The notes: generated by a model not told the origin, from the sequence alone. A stretch of DNA of 46,096 bases from Thermoanaerobaculia bacterium (GCA_036383875.1 DASVNL010000056.1:1-46096), one strand, 5' to 3'. Positions 15,573-26,768 are shown, numbered from the stretch's first letter. Numbers and translations: made by a program.

Positions 15573-17701
15573 TAGACCGCCACGAGGTTGCGTTCCGCGA
15601 GGGGCGACGGCCGGTCGATGAAGAATCCCTGCGCGTAACGCACGCCGAGGGCGCGCAGCCGATCCATCGTCTCGGCGTCTTCGACCCATTCGGCGATGCA
15701 TTCGATCTCGCGAAGCCGCGCCAGTTTCACGAGCGAGCCGATGATCACTTCGCTCGCGGGATCGCTGCGAAGCTGCTGCACGATGCGGCCGTCGATCTTC
15801 ACGTACGTCACCGGCAATTCCTGCAGGTAGGCGAAGCTCGCGACGCCGGCGCCGAAGTCGTCGAGCGCGAGATCGAATCCGCGGGCGCGCAGATCCTTCA
15901 TCGCCTGCACGGCCTGTCGCAATCGGTGAATCACGACGCCTTCCGTGACTTCGAGACAGAGCCGCCGTGGGTCGACGCCGTAGCGTTCGGGGAGGCGGAT
16001 CACGTGTTGGTAAAAGTCGGGATCGTTGAGCGTCGAGCCGGAGACGTTGATGCTCAGTCGGAGGTCGTGTTCGTCCGACTCCGCGAGATGGCGGCACGCG
16101 TGCTCGACGACCCAGCGGTCGATCTGCTCCATGAGCCCGAAGCGTTGCGCGACGGGGAGGAACTCCGCGCTTGGATGCACGCCGCCATCGGACGCGAGTC
16201 GGAGCAGCACTTCATCGAACGGCCGCGACGTCGCGCCGGTGATGTCGACGATGGACTGGCGGTACAACTGCAGCCGTCCGTCCTGCATCGCCATCTCGAG
16301 CTGCGACACCTGCTGAATGGATGAGTGCCAGCGCAGCATCGCCTCGTCGCGTGGGAGGTAGACATGCGAGCGATGGCGGCCGTCTTCCTTCGCGACGTAG
16401 CAGGCGATGTCGGCGCGGCCGAGGACCGCGTCGGCAGTGTCGCCGTCATCGGCGGGGAAGAACGTGATGCCGATACTCACGCCGACGCCGAAGCTCATCG
16501 AGCCGTAGCGAAAGCGATAGCTCGCGACCGCGTCGTGCAAGCGCGTCGCGAGGGCGAGCGCCTGTTCCTCGCTCATGTCGTACGCGATGCACGCGAACTC
16601 GTCGCCGCCGAGTCGCGCGAGGACGGACCCGGGCGGCGCGGTACGCAACAGCTCGACGGAGAGCTCCTGCAACATCCGATCGCCGGCGATGTGGCCGCAC
16701 GTGTCGTTCACGAGCTTGAACTGATCGAGATCGAGATACAGCAGCGCGTGCGCGGATGGCACGCCGCTGAGCACACCGTCGCTCAGTCGGCGTTCGAGCT
16801 CGTGGCGATTCACGAGGCCGGTGAGCGGATCGTGATGCGCGAGTTGGAAGAGGCGTTTCGCGTTGAGCTCGCGCTCGCCCCACACCACCGCGAGGATGTA
16901 GCCCGTCACGGTGGACGTGCCGACGAAGATCACGCGGATGATGCTGCTCATCCGATCGACCGGCGCGCCGACGTGCATCGCGACGAAGATGAACAACAGA
17001 ATCGCGCCGGACGCCGCGGCGCCGGGCATGCCGCCGACGGTCGCGGTGAAGACGACGAGTGGCAGCAGCAGGAAGATCGTCGCGGAGAAACGCTCGCCGC
17101 CGTTCGCGATCAGGATGCCGGCGATGATCAGCAGCAGCGAGACGGCGAGCCAGCGCTCGAACGCTTTGCGGCTGTGAAACGGCCAGCGCCGCCAGCCGAG
17201 AATCAACGGCACAAAGATCAGGATGCTGATCGAGTCGGAGAGCCAGAACGAGAGGCCGTCGGCGATGAGGCGTCGCAGGACGCGCGTCTCGAAGAAGTAT
17301 TCGCCCGCGATGGTCGCGAGTCCGCCGACGATGGGCGCGAGGATCGCGCCGGTGGTGAAGAGCGTGAGATCGCGCAGACGTTGGAGGTCACGCGAGACGC
17401 GGAAGTTCAACATCACCGCGCAGAAGATCGTCGTGACGAGAAGCTCGATGCACGCGACGAGGATCGCGACCCAGAAGTTGTGCGACGCGTTGTAGCTGAG
17501 GACGAACTGCGCGAGGACGATGGCAGGCCAGTAGCGAAAGCCGAGTCCCCACAACACCGCCACGCCGAGTCCCGTCGCCGGATAAACAAGGCTCACCCCA
17601 TTCCTCGGTTGGAGAAAGAGCACGGCGAGACTGAACAGCACGAGACCCGCTGACAGCCCGAGGACAGCGCCGAGATACCGCGCGGAAGCACCGACCCGCA
17701 T
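15572..17701 (-). CDS. MASE1-GGDEF-EAL membrane signalling protein (c-di-GMP turnover)
   Basis: 709 aa. The N-terminus is a multi-TM MASE1-like sensor. GGDEF domain: HHDPLTGLVNR and RLGGDEFA. EAL domain: FDEVLLRL (EVL variant of EAL), LEVTEGV, DDFGAGVASFAYLQELPVTYVKID and IAEWVE. Confidence 0.9.
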   Translation of the reverse strand: MRVGASARYLGAVLGLSAGLVLFSLAVLFLQPRNGVSLVYPATGLGVAVLWGLGFRYWPAIVLAQFVLSYNASHNFWVAILVACIELLVTTIFCAVMLNFRVSRDLQRLRDLTLFTTGAILAPIVGGLATIAGEYFFETRVLRRLIADGLSFWLSDSISILIFVPLILGWRRWPFHSRKAFERWLAVSLLLIIAGILIANGGERFSATIFLLLPLVVFTATVGGMPGAAASGAILLFIFVAMHVGAPVDRMSSIIRVIFVGTSTVTGYILAVVWGERELNAKRLFQLAHHDPLTGLVNRHELERRLSDGVLSGVPSAHALLYLDLDQFKLVNDTCGHIAGDRMLQELSVELLRTAPPGSVLARLGGDEFACIAYDMSEEQALALATRLHDAVASYRFRYGSMSFGVGVSIGITFFPADDGDTADAVLGRADIACYVAKEDGRHRSHVYLPRDEAMLRWHSSIQQVSQLEMAMQDGRLQLYRQSIVDITGATSRPFDEVLLRLASDGGVHPSAEFLPVAQRFGLMEQIDRWVVEHACRHLAESDEHDLRLSINVSGSTLNDPDFYQHVIRLPERYGVDPRRLCLEVTEGVVIHRLRQAVQAMKDLRARGFDLALDDFGAGVASFAYLQELPVTYVKIDGRIVQQLRSDPASEVIIGSLVKLARLREIECIAEWVEDAETMDRLRALGVRYAQGFFIDRPSPLAERNLVAV

Positions 17702-17732
17702 TTTGGACGGTCGGAGTTTACAGCGGATGCTC

Positions 17733-18332
17733 TTAGCGGTGATCCGGCGCCTGCACGAGCAGCGAGAGCGGTGCGCCGCCGAGGTTGTGTTGCACGGTCG
17801 CGTGGATCTGTCGCGGCGCGTGCTTCGAGACGAGGCCGAACACGTATGTGCGATCGCCGTTGCCCGGCGCGCTGCCGCCGCCGACGGATGGGTTGAACGT
17901 GAACGTCACGATGTTCGCGGACTTCGTCGCAGTCGCGGGTGCGACATTGCCGATGCCGAGACCCTTCGAGACGACGAACAGGTGCTCGGCTGTCGCGTCG
18001 CCGTTGAAGTCGATCGCGTTGACGGGTCCGAAGTCGAGGGAGAGCGATGTGATGAACGGAATTGCGGTGACGCCGACGACGTCGCGAAGGTCGAGGCTGT
18101 ATTCGTAGACGTAGAGTCCGGCGGCCGGTGTACCGGCGGTGGCACGATAGACGCGCGAGCGAAGCGTGCCGCTCGTCCAGACCGGCGTGTCGAGATCGGC
18201 GACGCGCGCTGTGCCGAAGACGGGCGTCAGTTGCGCGCGGCTGACACTGACTTTCGTGAGTTGCGCCAGCATCGACGGCGCGAGAGCGAGGGCAACGAGG
18301 AGGCAGACCACTGCCAGCGGGAAACGTTTCAT
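17733..18332 (-). CDS. secreted hypothetical protein (beta-rich, no recognised domain)
   Basis: 199 aa. Signal peptide MKRFPLAVVCLLVALALAPSMLAQ. A perfect AAGGAG lies 7 nt upstream of the ATG. GC3 bias is coding-like. I recognise no motif. Confidence 0.7.
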   Translation of the reverse strand: MKRFPLAVVCLLVALALAPSMLAQLTKVSVSRAQLTPVFGTARVADLDTPVWTSGTLRSRVYRATAGTPAAGLYVYEYSLDLRDVVGVTAIPFITSLSLDFGPVNAIDFNGDATAEHLFVVSKGLGIGNVAPATATKSANIVTFTFNPSVGGGSAPGNGDRTYVFGLVSKHAPRQIHATVQHNLGGAPLSLLVQAPDHR

Positions 18333-18378
18333 CGAGAAACTCCTTCGCCGCAGTAGTGCAACAGTCAGGAAGAACGTT

Positions 18379-20001
18379 TCACGCGCCCTTGCGCATGGTC
18401 CAGAGCAGATGACTCAGATACGAGCGCCGCGACTCGCCGGTGGTCACGATGAGGAGTTTCGTGATCTTCAATTCGAGCGCGTCGGTGTAGAGGAGGATCA
18501 GCATCTCGCGGATGAAGCTCGTGTTGAGCGTGACGTCGTTGTCGGTGCCGACGCCGAGGCGCAGGCCCTTCTTTTCCCACCACGAGAACGGATGGTCTTT
18601 GTAGTCCGCGAGCGCGCCGGTGAGTCGCTTGTTCGATGACGGGAGCGACACCAGCGTGAGTCGCTTGTCGATCATCCGGTTGAGCACGTCGTGCTGATAC
18701 GTCTCGACTTCGCGCGCGTGGTGGAACTTCGTCTTCGTCGCGGATGTGAGCTCGGTCTGCGTGAGCGCATCGCCGCGCAGCAGTTTGTCGCGAATCTCTT
18801 CGCGTCCGGACCAGTCCATGTCGACGAGCTCGGAATGTTCGCGCGAGCCTTCGTGGATCGCGCCGCCGCGGCCGTTCTCGACGAAGATGCGATTGAGCAG
18901 CGAGTGGAAGTAGAAGTTCGGATTGATGCCGAGGCTGAGTCCGTGCTCGATGGCCTCGACATGCCAGATGTTCATGGCGTTGTCGACGGCCTGCACGCCC
19001 TGGCGCAACGTGTTCCACGTCTCGCCATGGTGGCTGCGCGTACGGAAGCCGTATGCCTGCAGCTTGCGCATGCCGACGCGCAGTTCCTGGAAGTGGCGCT
19101 TGCGATAGAAGCCGCGCTCGTCGCCGACCGTGTCGATCTCCGTGACGACGTCGGCGAGCTCGGGATGTTTTTTTACGAGCTCGATGAGCTGCCGCACCTG
19201 ATCGTCGAAGTGTTCGCGCTTGGTCGCGAATCGCGTGGCGTCGAAGAATCCGGGCTCTTTGCGGAAGCTCGGCGAGAGGATGAATTTGAACGCGGGGACT
19301 TCGCTCTGAAACGCGCGGAAGCCTTCGTACAAACCGAGGATCACGTCTTCGGCGGTGAGGTCGCTGATGCCGGGGATTTGTTCGGCAGAGTCGGTGGTCT
19401 CGCGGAAGAGCGTGAACTTCAGTCGCAGCGAGCCGACATTCGCCGTGCGATAGAGCCGGCTGGCCATGTGATACGCGGCGTCACGATGCGCGTCGCGCGT
19501 GGTGAGGATGAGCTTCGCGAGGTAGAGGATGCGCAGGTAGCGGTCGAAACGATCTTCGTCGCCGAGGCGGATGAGGCGGTCGACGTCGGCGGCGTTGCGG
19601 ATCGGCAGCGCGTCGACGCCGTACACCTCTTTGATCTTCGTCACGTACGTCTGGCAATTCGGACCGCTGAGCAGCGCTTCGAGTCGCGGCCAGATGAACT
19701 CCGCGTCGAGCGAACCGGTGAGATGAATGTGCTCGTCGTGAAACGGAATTGGGAAGGCTTTGAAGAACGCGCCGAGTGCGTGCGAGACGGGATGTTCGAG
19801 CAACCGCTCGATCGGCGCCTGACTCACGCGGAACTGGCCGATCAGCGAGTGGAACTCGCGGAGCGCGTTCGCCAGATCGGGCTCGTTGGCCAGCTGCGGC
19901 GACCCATGCGCGAGCATGAGCGTGTCGTCGAGGGACAGTCCGGACGTCTCGCTGATGAGCTGCGTGAGAAAGCGTGTCAGCCGGTCGTGCACGAGAGCCA
20001 T
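18379..20001 (-). CDS. adenosine/AMP-deaminase-fold metallohydrolase, divergent
   Basis: Start MALVHDRL at 20001, 4 nt after the upstream stop. Ordered motifs match the ADA fold: DEHIHLTGSL (HxH), SHHGE (HAGE), IEHG (GHG), VSLPSSN (CPxSN) and GTDND (TDDP). The ORF-track extension to 20139 is rejected. Confidence 0.75.
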   Translation of the reverse strand: MALVHDRLTRFLTQLISETSGLSLDDTLMLAHGSPQLANEPDLANALREFHSLIGQFRVSQAPIERLLEHPVSHALGAFFKAFPIPFHDEHIHLTGSLDAEFIWPRLEALLSGPNCQTYVTKIKEVYGVDALPIRNAADVDRLIRLGDEDRFDRYLRILYLAKLILTTRDAHRDAAYHMASRLYRTANVGSLRLKFTLFRETTDSAEQIPGISDLTAEDVILGLYEGFRAFQSEVPAFKFILSPSFRKEPGFFDATRFATKREHFDDQVRQLIELVKKHPELADVVTEIDTVGDERGFYRKRHFQELRVGMRKLQAYGFRTRSHHGETWNTLRQGVQAVDNAMNIWHVEAIEHGLSLGINPNFYFHSLLNRIFVENGRGGAIHEGSREHSELVDMDWSGREEIRDKLLRGDALTQTELTSATKTKFHHAREVETYQHDVLNRMIDKRLTLVSLPSSNKRLTGALADYKDHPFSWWEKKGLRLGVGTDNDVTLNTSFIREMLILLYTDALELKITKLLIVTTGESRRSYLSHLLWTMRKGA

Positions 20002-20005
20002 GCTA

Positions 20006-20710
20006 TCAGCGCAGTTTGGCGAGCTCCTTCGCGATCTCTTTGTGCAGTCCCGGTTGCGCGCCGTAGATCGTGCGGACGACGTTGCCGTTCGCGTCAGCGA
20101 GGATGAGCGTCGGCACGGCGGGCGGACCGTCGAACGCATCGCGGATCGGCTGCGTGCCTTCGACGTAGCGGCCCGGTGGTCGAATTTTCGCGAGGACGGC
20201 GTCGACGTCTTTGCGATCGGATTCGATGGCGATGCCGACGAGCGTCACGGCGTTCGGATCCATCTGCTTCATCCACTCGAGTGTGTGGAGACACGGCGGG
20301 CACCACGTCGCCCAGAACTCGACGAGCACGGGCTTGCCTCGCAATTGTTGAAACGTGAACTTGCGGCCCTGCAGGTCGGTGAGTGCGATGTCGGGGAGAG
20401 CGCGGTGCTGCGCGTTCTTCGTGATGGTCAACGATGGCAGCGCGTGTCCCGCGAGGCGGAGATCGATGAGACGCTGAAGGTCGGCCTGAAAGCGCCGGCG
20501 ATTGGCGACGTCTTTCCACGGGATGTACTTGCCGGTCTCGGGACCGCCCCACGCGTAGAAGTCTTCGGGCCGCGCGACGAGCGCGTCATCGACGAAGATC
20601 GCCGGGTACTTGTCGACGCCGAAGCGATCGGCGAGCGGCGACGCGCCGAGGTCCTGGACGGCGAAGCGCGCACGATCGCCGTACTTCGCAACGATTTCCT
20701 TCGCCAGCAA
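20006..20710 (-). CDS. TlpA/ResA-like thiol:disulfide oxidoreductase (WCPPC); probably the continuation of ORF 20732..21583 rather than an independent gene
   Basis: The C-terminal domain has LQGRKFTFQQLRGKPVLVEFWATWCPPCLHTLEWM (WCPPC encoded at 20291-20305). The first ~45 residues (LLAKEIVAKYGDRARFAVQDLGASPLADRFGVDKYPAIFVDD) are only the second half of another thioredoxin fold. The listed TTG start is just the first start-like codon after an in-frame TGA. Confidence 0.75.
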   Translation of the reverse strand: MLAKEIVAKYGDRARFAVQDLGASPLADRFGVDKYPAIFVDDALVARPEDFYAWGGPETGKYIPWKDVANRRRFQADLQRLIDLRLAGHALPSLTITKNAQHRALPDIALTDLQGRKFTFQQLRGKPVLVEFWATWCPPCLHTLEWMKQMDPNAVTLVGIAIESDRKDVDAVLAKIRPPGRYVEGTQPIRDAFDGPPAVPTLILADANGNVVRTIYGAQPGLHKEIAKELAKLR

Positions 20711-20727
20711 ACTTGCCGGATCGGAAA
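20695..20727 (-). promoter_or_regulatory. candidate bacterial SECIS-like hairpin 4 nt downstream of the in-frame UGA (20734..20732)
   Basis: RNA reading: UGA AGCC [UUUCC] GAU [CCGGCA] AGUU [UGCUGG] CGAA [GGAAA]. The lower stem is 5 bp, then an internal loop, then a 6-bp upper stem with one G-U. The apical loop AGUU has G at its second position. The loop lies about 21 nt from the UGA. Confidence 0.3.
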
Positions 20728-20731
20728 GGCT

Positions 20732-21583
20732 TCACGTGTACGGCCAGCGGACGAGCGTGACCGTGACGAGCTGCGGCTTCGGCGCGCGTGACGGCGCAGC
20801 GTTGCGACGTTGCGCGAGTTGTGTGAGTGCCGCCGGGATCGCGTCCTCGGTCGCATTCACTTCGACGAGTGCGAGTGCGGCGCCTTCGAGATATCCGCGC
20901 TCGAACAGTTCGCGTGCTTCTTTCAACTTCGCGCTTGCGCGGATGCTCGTGCGTCCGCTCGGATCGGACGCGAACTTCGCCGACGTCTCCCGCTCGCGTG
21001 CTTCGAGCTCGCTCCGAACAACCTCGGCACGCGGCACGTCACGCGAGCCGGCGTCGGCGGGCAACGTCGCGAGGAAGTCGCGGAATCGCAGGTTCCCTTC
21101 GGCTTCCGCGAAGTAGAACAAGCCCGACATCGGCGCGGACGTTTTGCCGTACGGCAGGCTCGCACGGAACAACTTCTGCGCGCGATTCGTCGCGTTCTGC
21201 ATCATCGCGCGACGCAGCAGCGAGCCGCGCACGTCCGGCGGATTCGCCTCGAATCGCGCGCGCTCTTTCGTCCACAGCGTTTGCAACGCGGCGAAGTCTT
21301 CGCTCGCGCGTTTCTCGCGTTGCAGCATCGCGAGGAGCTCGATGCCGATGAACGCCTCGCGCATTCGCACGAGCCGCTGCTCGCTCGACGTCGCGGCGCG
21401 CGCGGATGCGAGTCGCGCGCGATGTCCTTTCGGGATGGCCTGCAGTTCGTCGGGGAGTTTCGCGGCTTCGACCGACTTCAACTTCGCATCGAGTCGATCG
21501 ACCTCGGACGTCAGCCGTTGATCGAGATTCGGCGCGCAGGAGAGCGCGAAGAACGCGATCGCGACGAACGTCCGGCGAAGCAT
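20732..21583 (-). CDS. lipoprotein with helical N-terminal domain, ending in the first half of a thioredoxin fold at an in-frame TGA
   Basis: Lipobox MLRRTFVAIAFFALSCAPN. About 260 aa have no recognised domain. The C-terminus KPQLVTVTLVRWPYT stops exactly where a Trx WCxxC motif is expected. It is in the same frame as ORF 20006..20710. Confidence 0.7.
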   Translation of the reverse strand: MLRRTFVAIAFFALSCAPNLDQRLTSEVDRLDAKLKSVEAAKLPDELQAIPKGHRARLASARAATSSEQRLVRMREAFIGIELLAMLQREKRASEDFAALQTLWTKERARFEANPPDVRGSLLRRAMMQNATNRAQKLFRASLPYGKTSAPMSGLFYFAEAEGNLRFRDFLATLPADAGSRDVPRAEVVRSELEARERETSAKFASDPSGRTSIRASAKLKEARELFERGYLEGAALALVEVNATEDAIPAALTQLAQRRNAAPSRAPKPQLVTVTLVRWPYT

Positions 21584-21633
21584 TGCAAGCGCAAGGCTAC
21601 GCGGGGTTCGTCGCGATCGCGGTCACGAATCGG

Positions 21634-24930
<3,297 letters not shown>

Positions 24931-24989
24931 GGGGGGATGGTAATGCGGGGCGGGGTCGCGCGCGTTACCGAAATGGAATGGGTTGGATG

Positions 24990-25074
24990 TTTGGCGGTTG
25001 GCAGTTGGCGGTTGGCGGGAGGCCCCCAACCACCACGGCTTCGCTTCTAACTGCCAACCGCCAACCGCCAACTG
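24990..25074. repeat. GGTTGGC-heptad palindromic element, copy 2
   Basis: Perfect 17-bp stem CAGTTGGCGGTTGGCGG (25002-25018) with CCGCCAACCGCCAACTG (25058-25074), and a 39-nt loop. The arms consist of (G/A)GTTGGC heptads as in copy 1. It lies 2 nt from the stop of the minus-strand JAMM gene (stop at 25077-25079). Confidence 0.8.
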
Positions 25075-25076
25075 AA

Positions 25077-25532
25077 TCATCCCCACATCTCACACGCCTC
25101 GGTCGCGACGTCGCCACCCACCCAATCCCGCCTCACCAACTCCTTCGTCGTGCGATCGGGATCGACGCGGGCGATTGACGTGCGCGTGATCACGTAGATC
25201 GGGAGGCCGGTGCGGGCGGCCTCGTTGATGTCGTGTTGCGAGGGCTTGGGCATGCCGTGCGGGTGGGTGTGCGCGATGGCGACGGTGTTGGGCGGGACGG
25301 GGCCGCGGTAGCTGGCTTTGCGGCGCTGCTGCGTTGCGGGCCAGAGTTTGTAATCGAGGTTGCCGGCGTCGTCGCGCGTGAGGAACAGCGCGCGCTCCGT
25401 GTCCTTCGCCGCGGTGTGCGAGGCTTCGTAGAGATCGGAGAAGATCGGCATCATCTGGCGCCGCGTCAGATCGCATTCGGCACGCGTGGCGCTCAACTGC
25501 AGAACGAGGAGAACGGCGATCGCGATGTTCAT
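25077..25532 (-). CDS. small secreted protein with a JAB/MPN (JAMM) metalloprotease motif
   Basis: 151 aa. Signal-like N-terminus MNIAIAVLLVLQLSATRA. AHTHPHGMPKPSQHD fits H-x-H-x(7)-S-x(2)-D exactly (encoded at 25230-25271). An upstream Glu (TERALFL) is also present. Confidence 0.7.
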   Translation of the reverse strand: MNIAIAVLLVLQLSATRAECDLTRRQMMPIFSDLYEASHTAAKDTERALFLTRDDAGNLDYKLWPATQQRRKASYRGPVPPNTVAIAHTHPHGMPKPSQHDINEAARTGLPIYVITRTSIARVDPDRTTKELVRRDWVGGDVATEACEMWG

Positions 25533-25618
25533 GCATGTATGAATGCGCGAACGGCCGTGTTGTTGCGTACGACGCGTGCGGGTTCGGTCGCGGAGTGATG
25601 GCGGAGATGTGAACGCCG

Positions 25619-25978
25619 TTACGACGACTTCGCGAGCGCGGCGCGAATCGCCTCCATGCGTTTGCGATTTACGCCGAGGTCGGAGCGGCCGACGCGGGAT
25701 GCGGAGCGGAAGCGGATCGACTTCGTGGCGTCGTCCGCGACGAAGATGCCGTCGTCGACGAAGCCGAAGAGCGCAGTGCGGAACTCGGCGCGAATCGCGT
25801 TCGAATCCGCCTCGACGATCTTCGTCCGCGGCATCTTCTTCAGCACATCCAGCAACCGCCGCATCGCCTCGGCACTCGTGCCTTTGTACGCAAACGGCGC
25901 GATCGCATGCGTCTTGTCCGTCGCTTCAGTCGACACGCAGTTCGGTGTTTTCGGGCACGGCTTCAGATTCGCCTTCAT
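25619..25978 (-). CDS. DUF1499 family protein
   Basis: The start MKANLKPCPKTPNCVSTEA at 25978 overlaps the upstream stop (ATGA). The CP.(T/S)PNCVS signature and ~119-aa size are typical of the family. The ORF-track extension to 26650 overlaps the DUF1295 gene out of frame and is rejected. Confidence 0.8.
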   Translation of the reverse strand: MKANLKPCPKTPNCVSTEATDKTHAIAPFAYKGTSAEAMRRLLDVLKKMPRTKIVEADSNAIRAEFRTALFGFVDDGIFVADDATKSIRFRSASRVGRSDLGVNRKRMEAIRAALAKSS

Positions 25979-26751
25979 GGTTTCGGAATCCAGGGGATGA
26001 ATGCGCTGGTGGTTTGTTGGTAGCGGCGATATGCATCGCCCTTCGACTTCAGCGACTGCGCTTCCGTTGCGGGAATCCCCGTCACTTTGTAGAGGAACCA
26101 GAGCATCAGCAGCGGACAGTATGCGGCGATCCAGCCGTACGGACTCGCGCACGCGAAAATCAGCCACGCGATCCAGACCAGCCACTCGAAGAAATAGTTC
26201 GGATGTCGCGAGTAGTGCCACAGCCCGCGATCCATCACCTTGCCGTGATTCGCGGGATCGGCGCGGAAGCGGCGCAGTTGCGCGTCCGCGATCGACTCGC
26301 CGATCACGGCGATGACGAACAGCGCGGCGCCCGCGAGCTCGAGCGGATGGAGTCGCGGCGTCGCATTGCGCGAGGCGAGGAGCACCGGCACCGCGAGCAC
26401 GACATTCGTCGCGCCCTGAAACCAGAAGAAGAACAGCATCTTCGTGTTCGCACGCGCGCCCCATTTTTCGCGCAACGCCGCGTAGCGCACGTCTTCCTTC
26501 TCGATGTGTCCGACGACGCGTTTCCAGAGATGCGATGCGAGTCGCAGACTCCAGAACGTCATCAGTGACGCGGCGAACACGCGTCGCACGATCCAGCCGT
26601 CCGAGCCGATCGCGTAGAGCCACGCGAGGAGCGTGAACATCGCGGACCACGCGACGTCGACGATGCCCGCGTTCGTGAGTCGCACGCTGATGATCCAGAC
26701 GATGGTCATCACGACGATCGTGGTCAGCGCGGCGAGGGCGATCAGGATCAT
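25975..26751 (-). CDS. DUF1295 family membrane protein (steroid 5-alpha-reductase / ICMT-like fold)
   Basis: 258 aa and multi-TM. It carries GLWHYSRHPNYFFEWLVW, the characteristic SRHPNYF(G/F)E block. Confidence 0.85.
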   Translation of the reverse strand: MILIALAALTTIVVMTIVWIISVRLTNAGIVDVAWSAMFTLLAWLYAIGSDGWIVRRVFAASLMTFWSLRLASHLWKRVVGHIEKEDVRYAALREKWGARANTKMLFFFWFQGATNVVLAVPVLLASRNATPRLHPLELAGAALFVIAVIGESIADAQLRRFRADPANHGKVMDRGLWHYSRHPNYFFEWLVWIAWLIFACASPYGWIAAYCPLLMLWFLYKVTGIPATEAQSLKSKGDAYRRYQQTTSAFIPWIPKP

Positions 26752-26756
26752 TTCGC

Positions 26757-26762
26757 TACACT
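26757..26762 (+). promoter_or_regulatory. -10-like hexamer TACACT 6 nt upstream of the DUF2277 ATG (leaderless-type geometry)
   Basis: The sequence reads cgcTACACTctacgcATG. The divergent intergenic region is only 17 bp (26752-26768). On the other strand TAGAGT lies 8 nt from the DUF1295 ATG. Confidence 0.3.
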
Positions 26763-26768
26763 CTACGC

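Noticed and set aside
15572-17701. Degenerate (inactive) EAL domain, because the signature reads EVL instead of EAL
   Set aside because: E(A/V)L variants occur in active phosphodiesterases. The other catalytic blocks (EVTE, DDFGAG, KID, EWVE) are present. Inactivity cannot be claimed from the sequence.
20711-20731. Treating 20711-20731 as a normal intergenic spacer with an independent TTG start at 20710
   Set aside because: The 21 nt are in frame and encode SLSDPAS, which continues the thioredoxin helix-1 alignment. There is no Shine-Dalgarno sequence, and the downstream ORF would start mid-fold. It is kept as two ORFs in the feature table only for conservatism.
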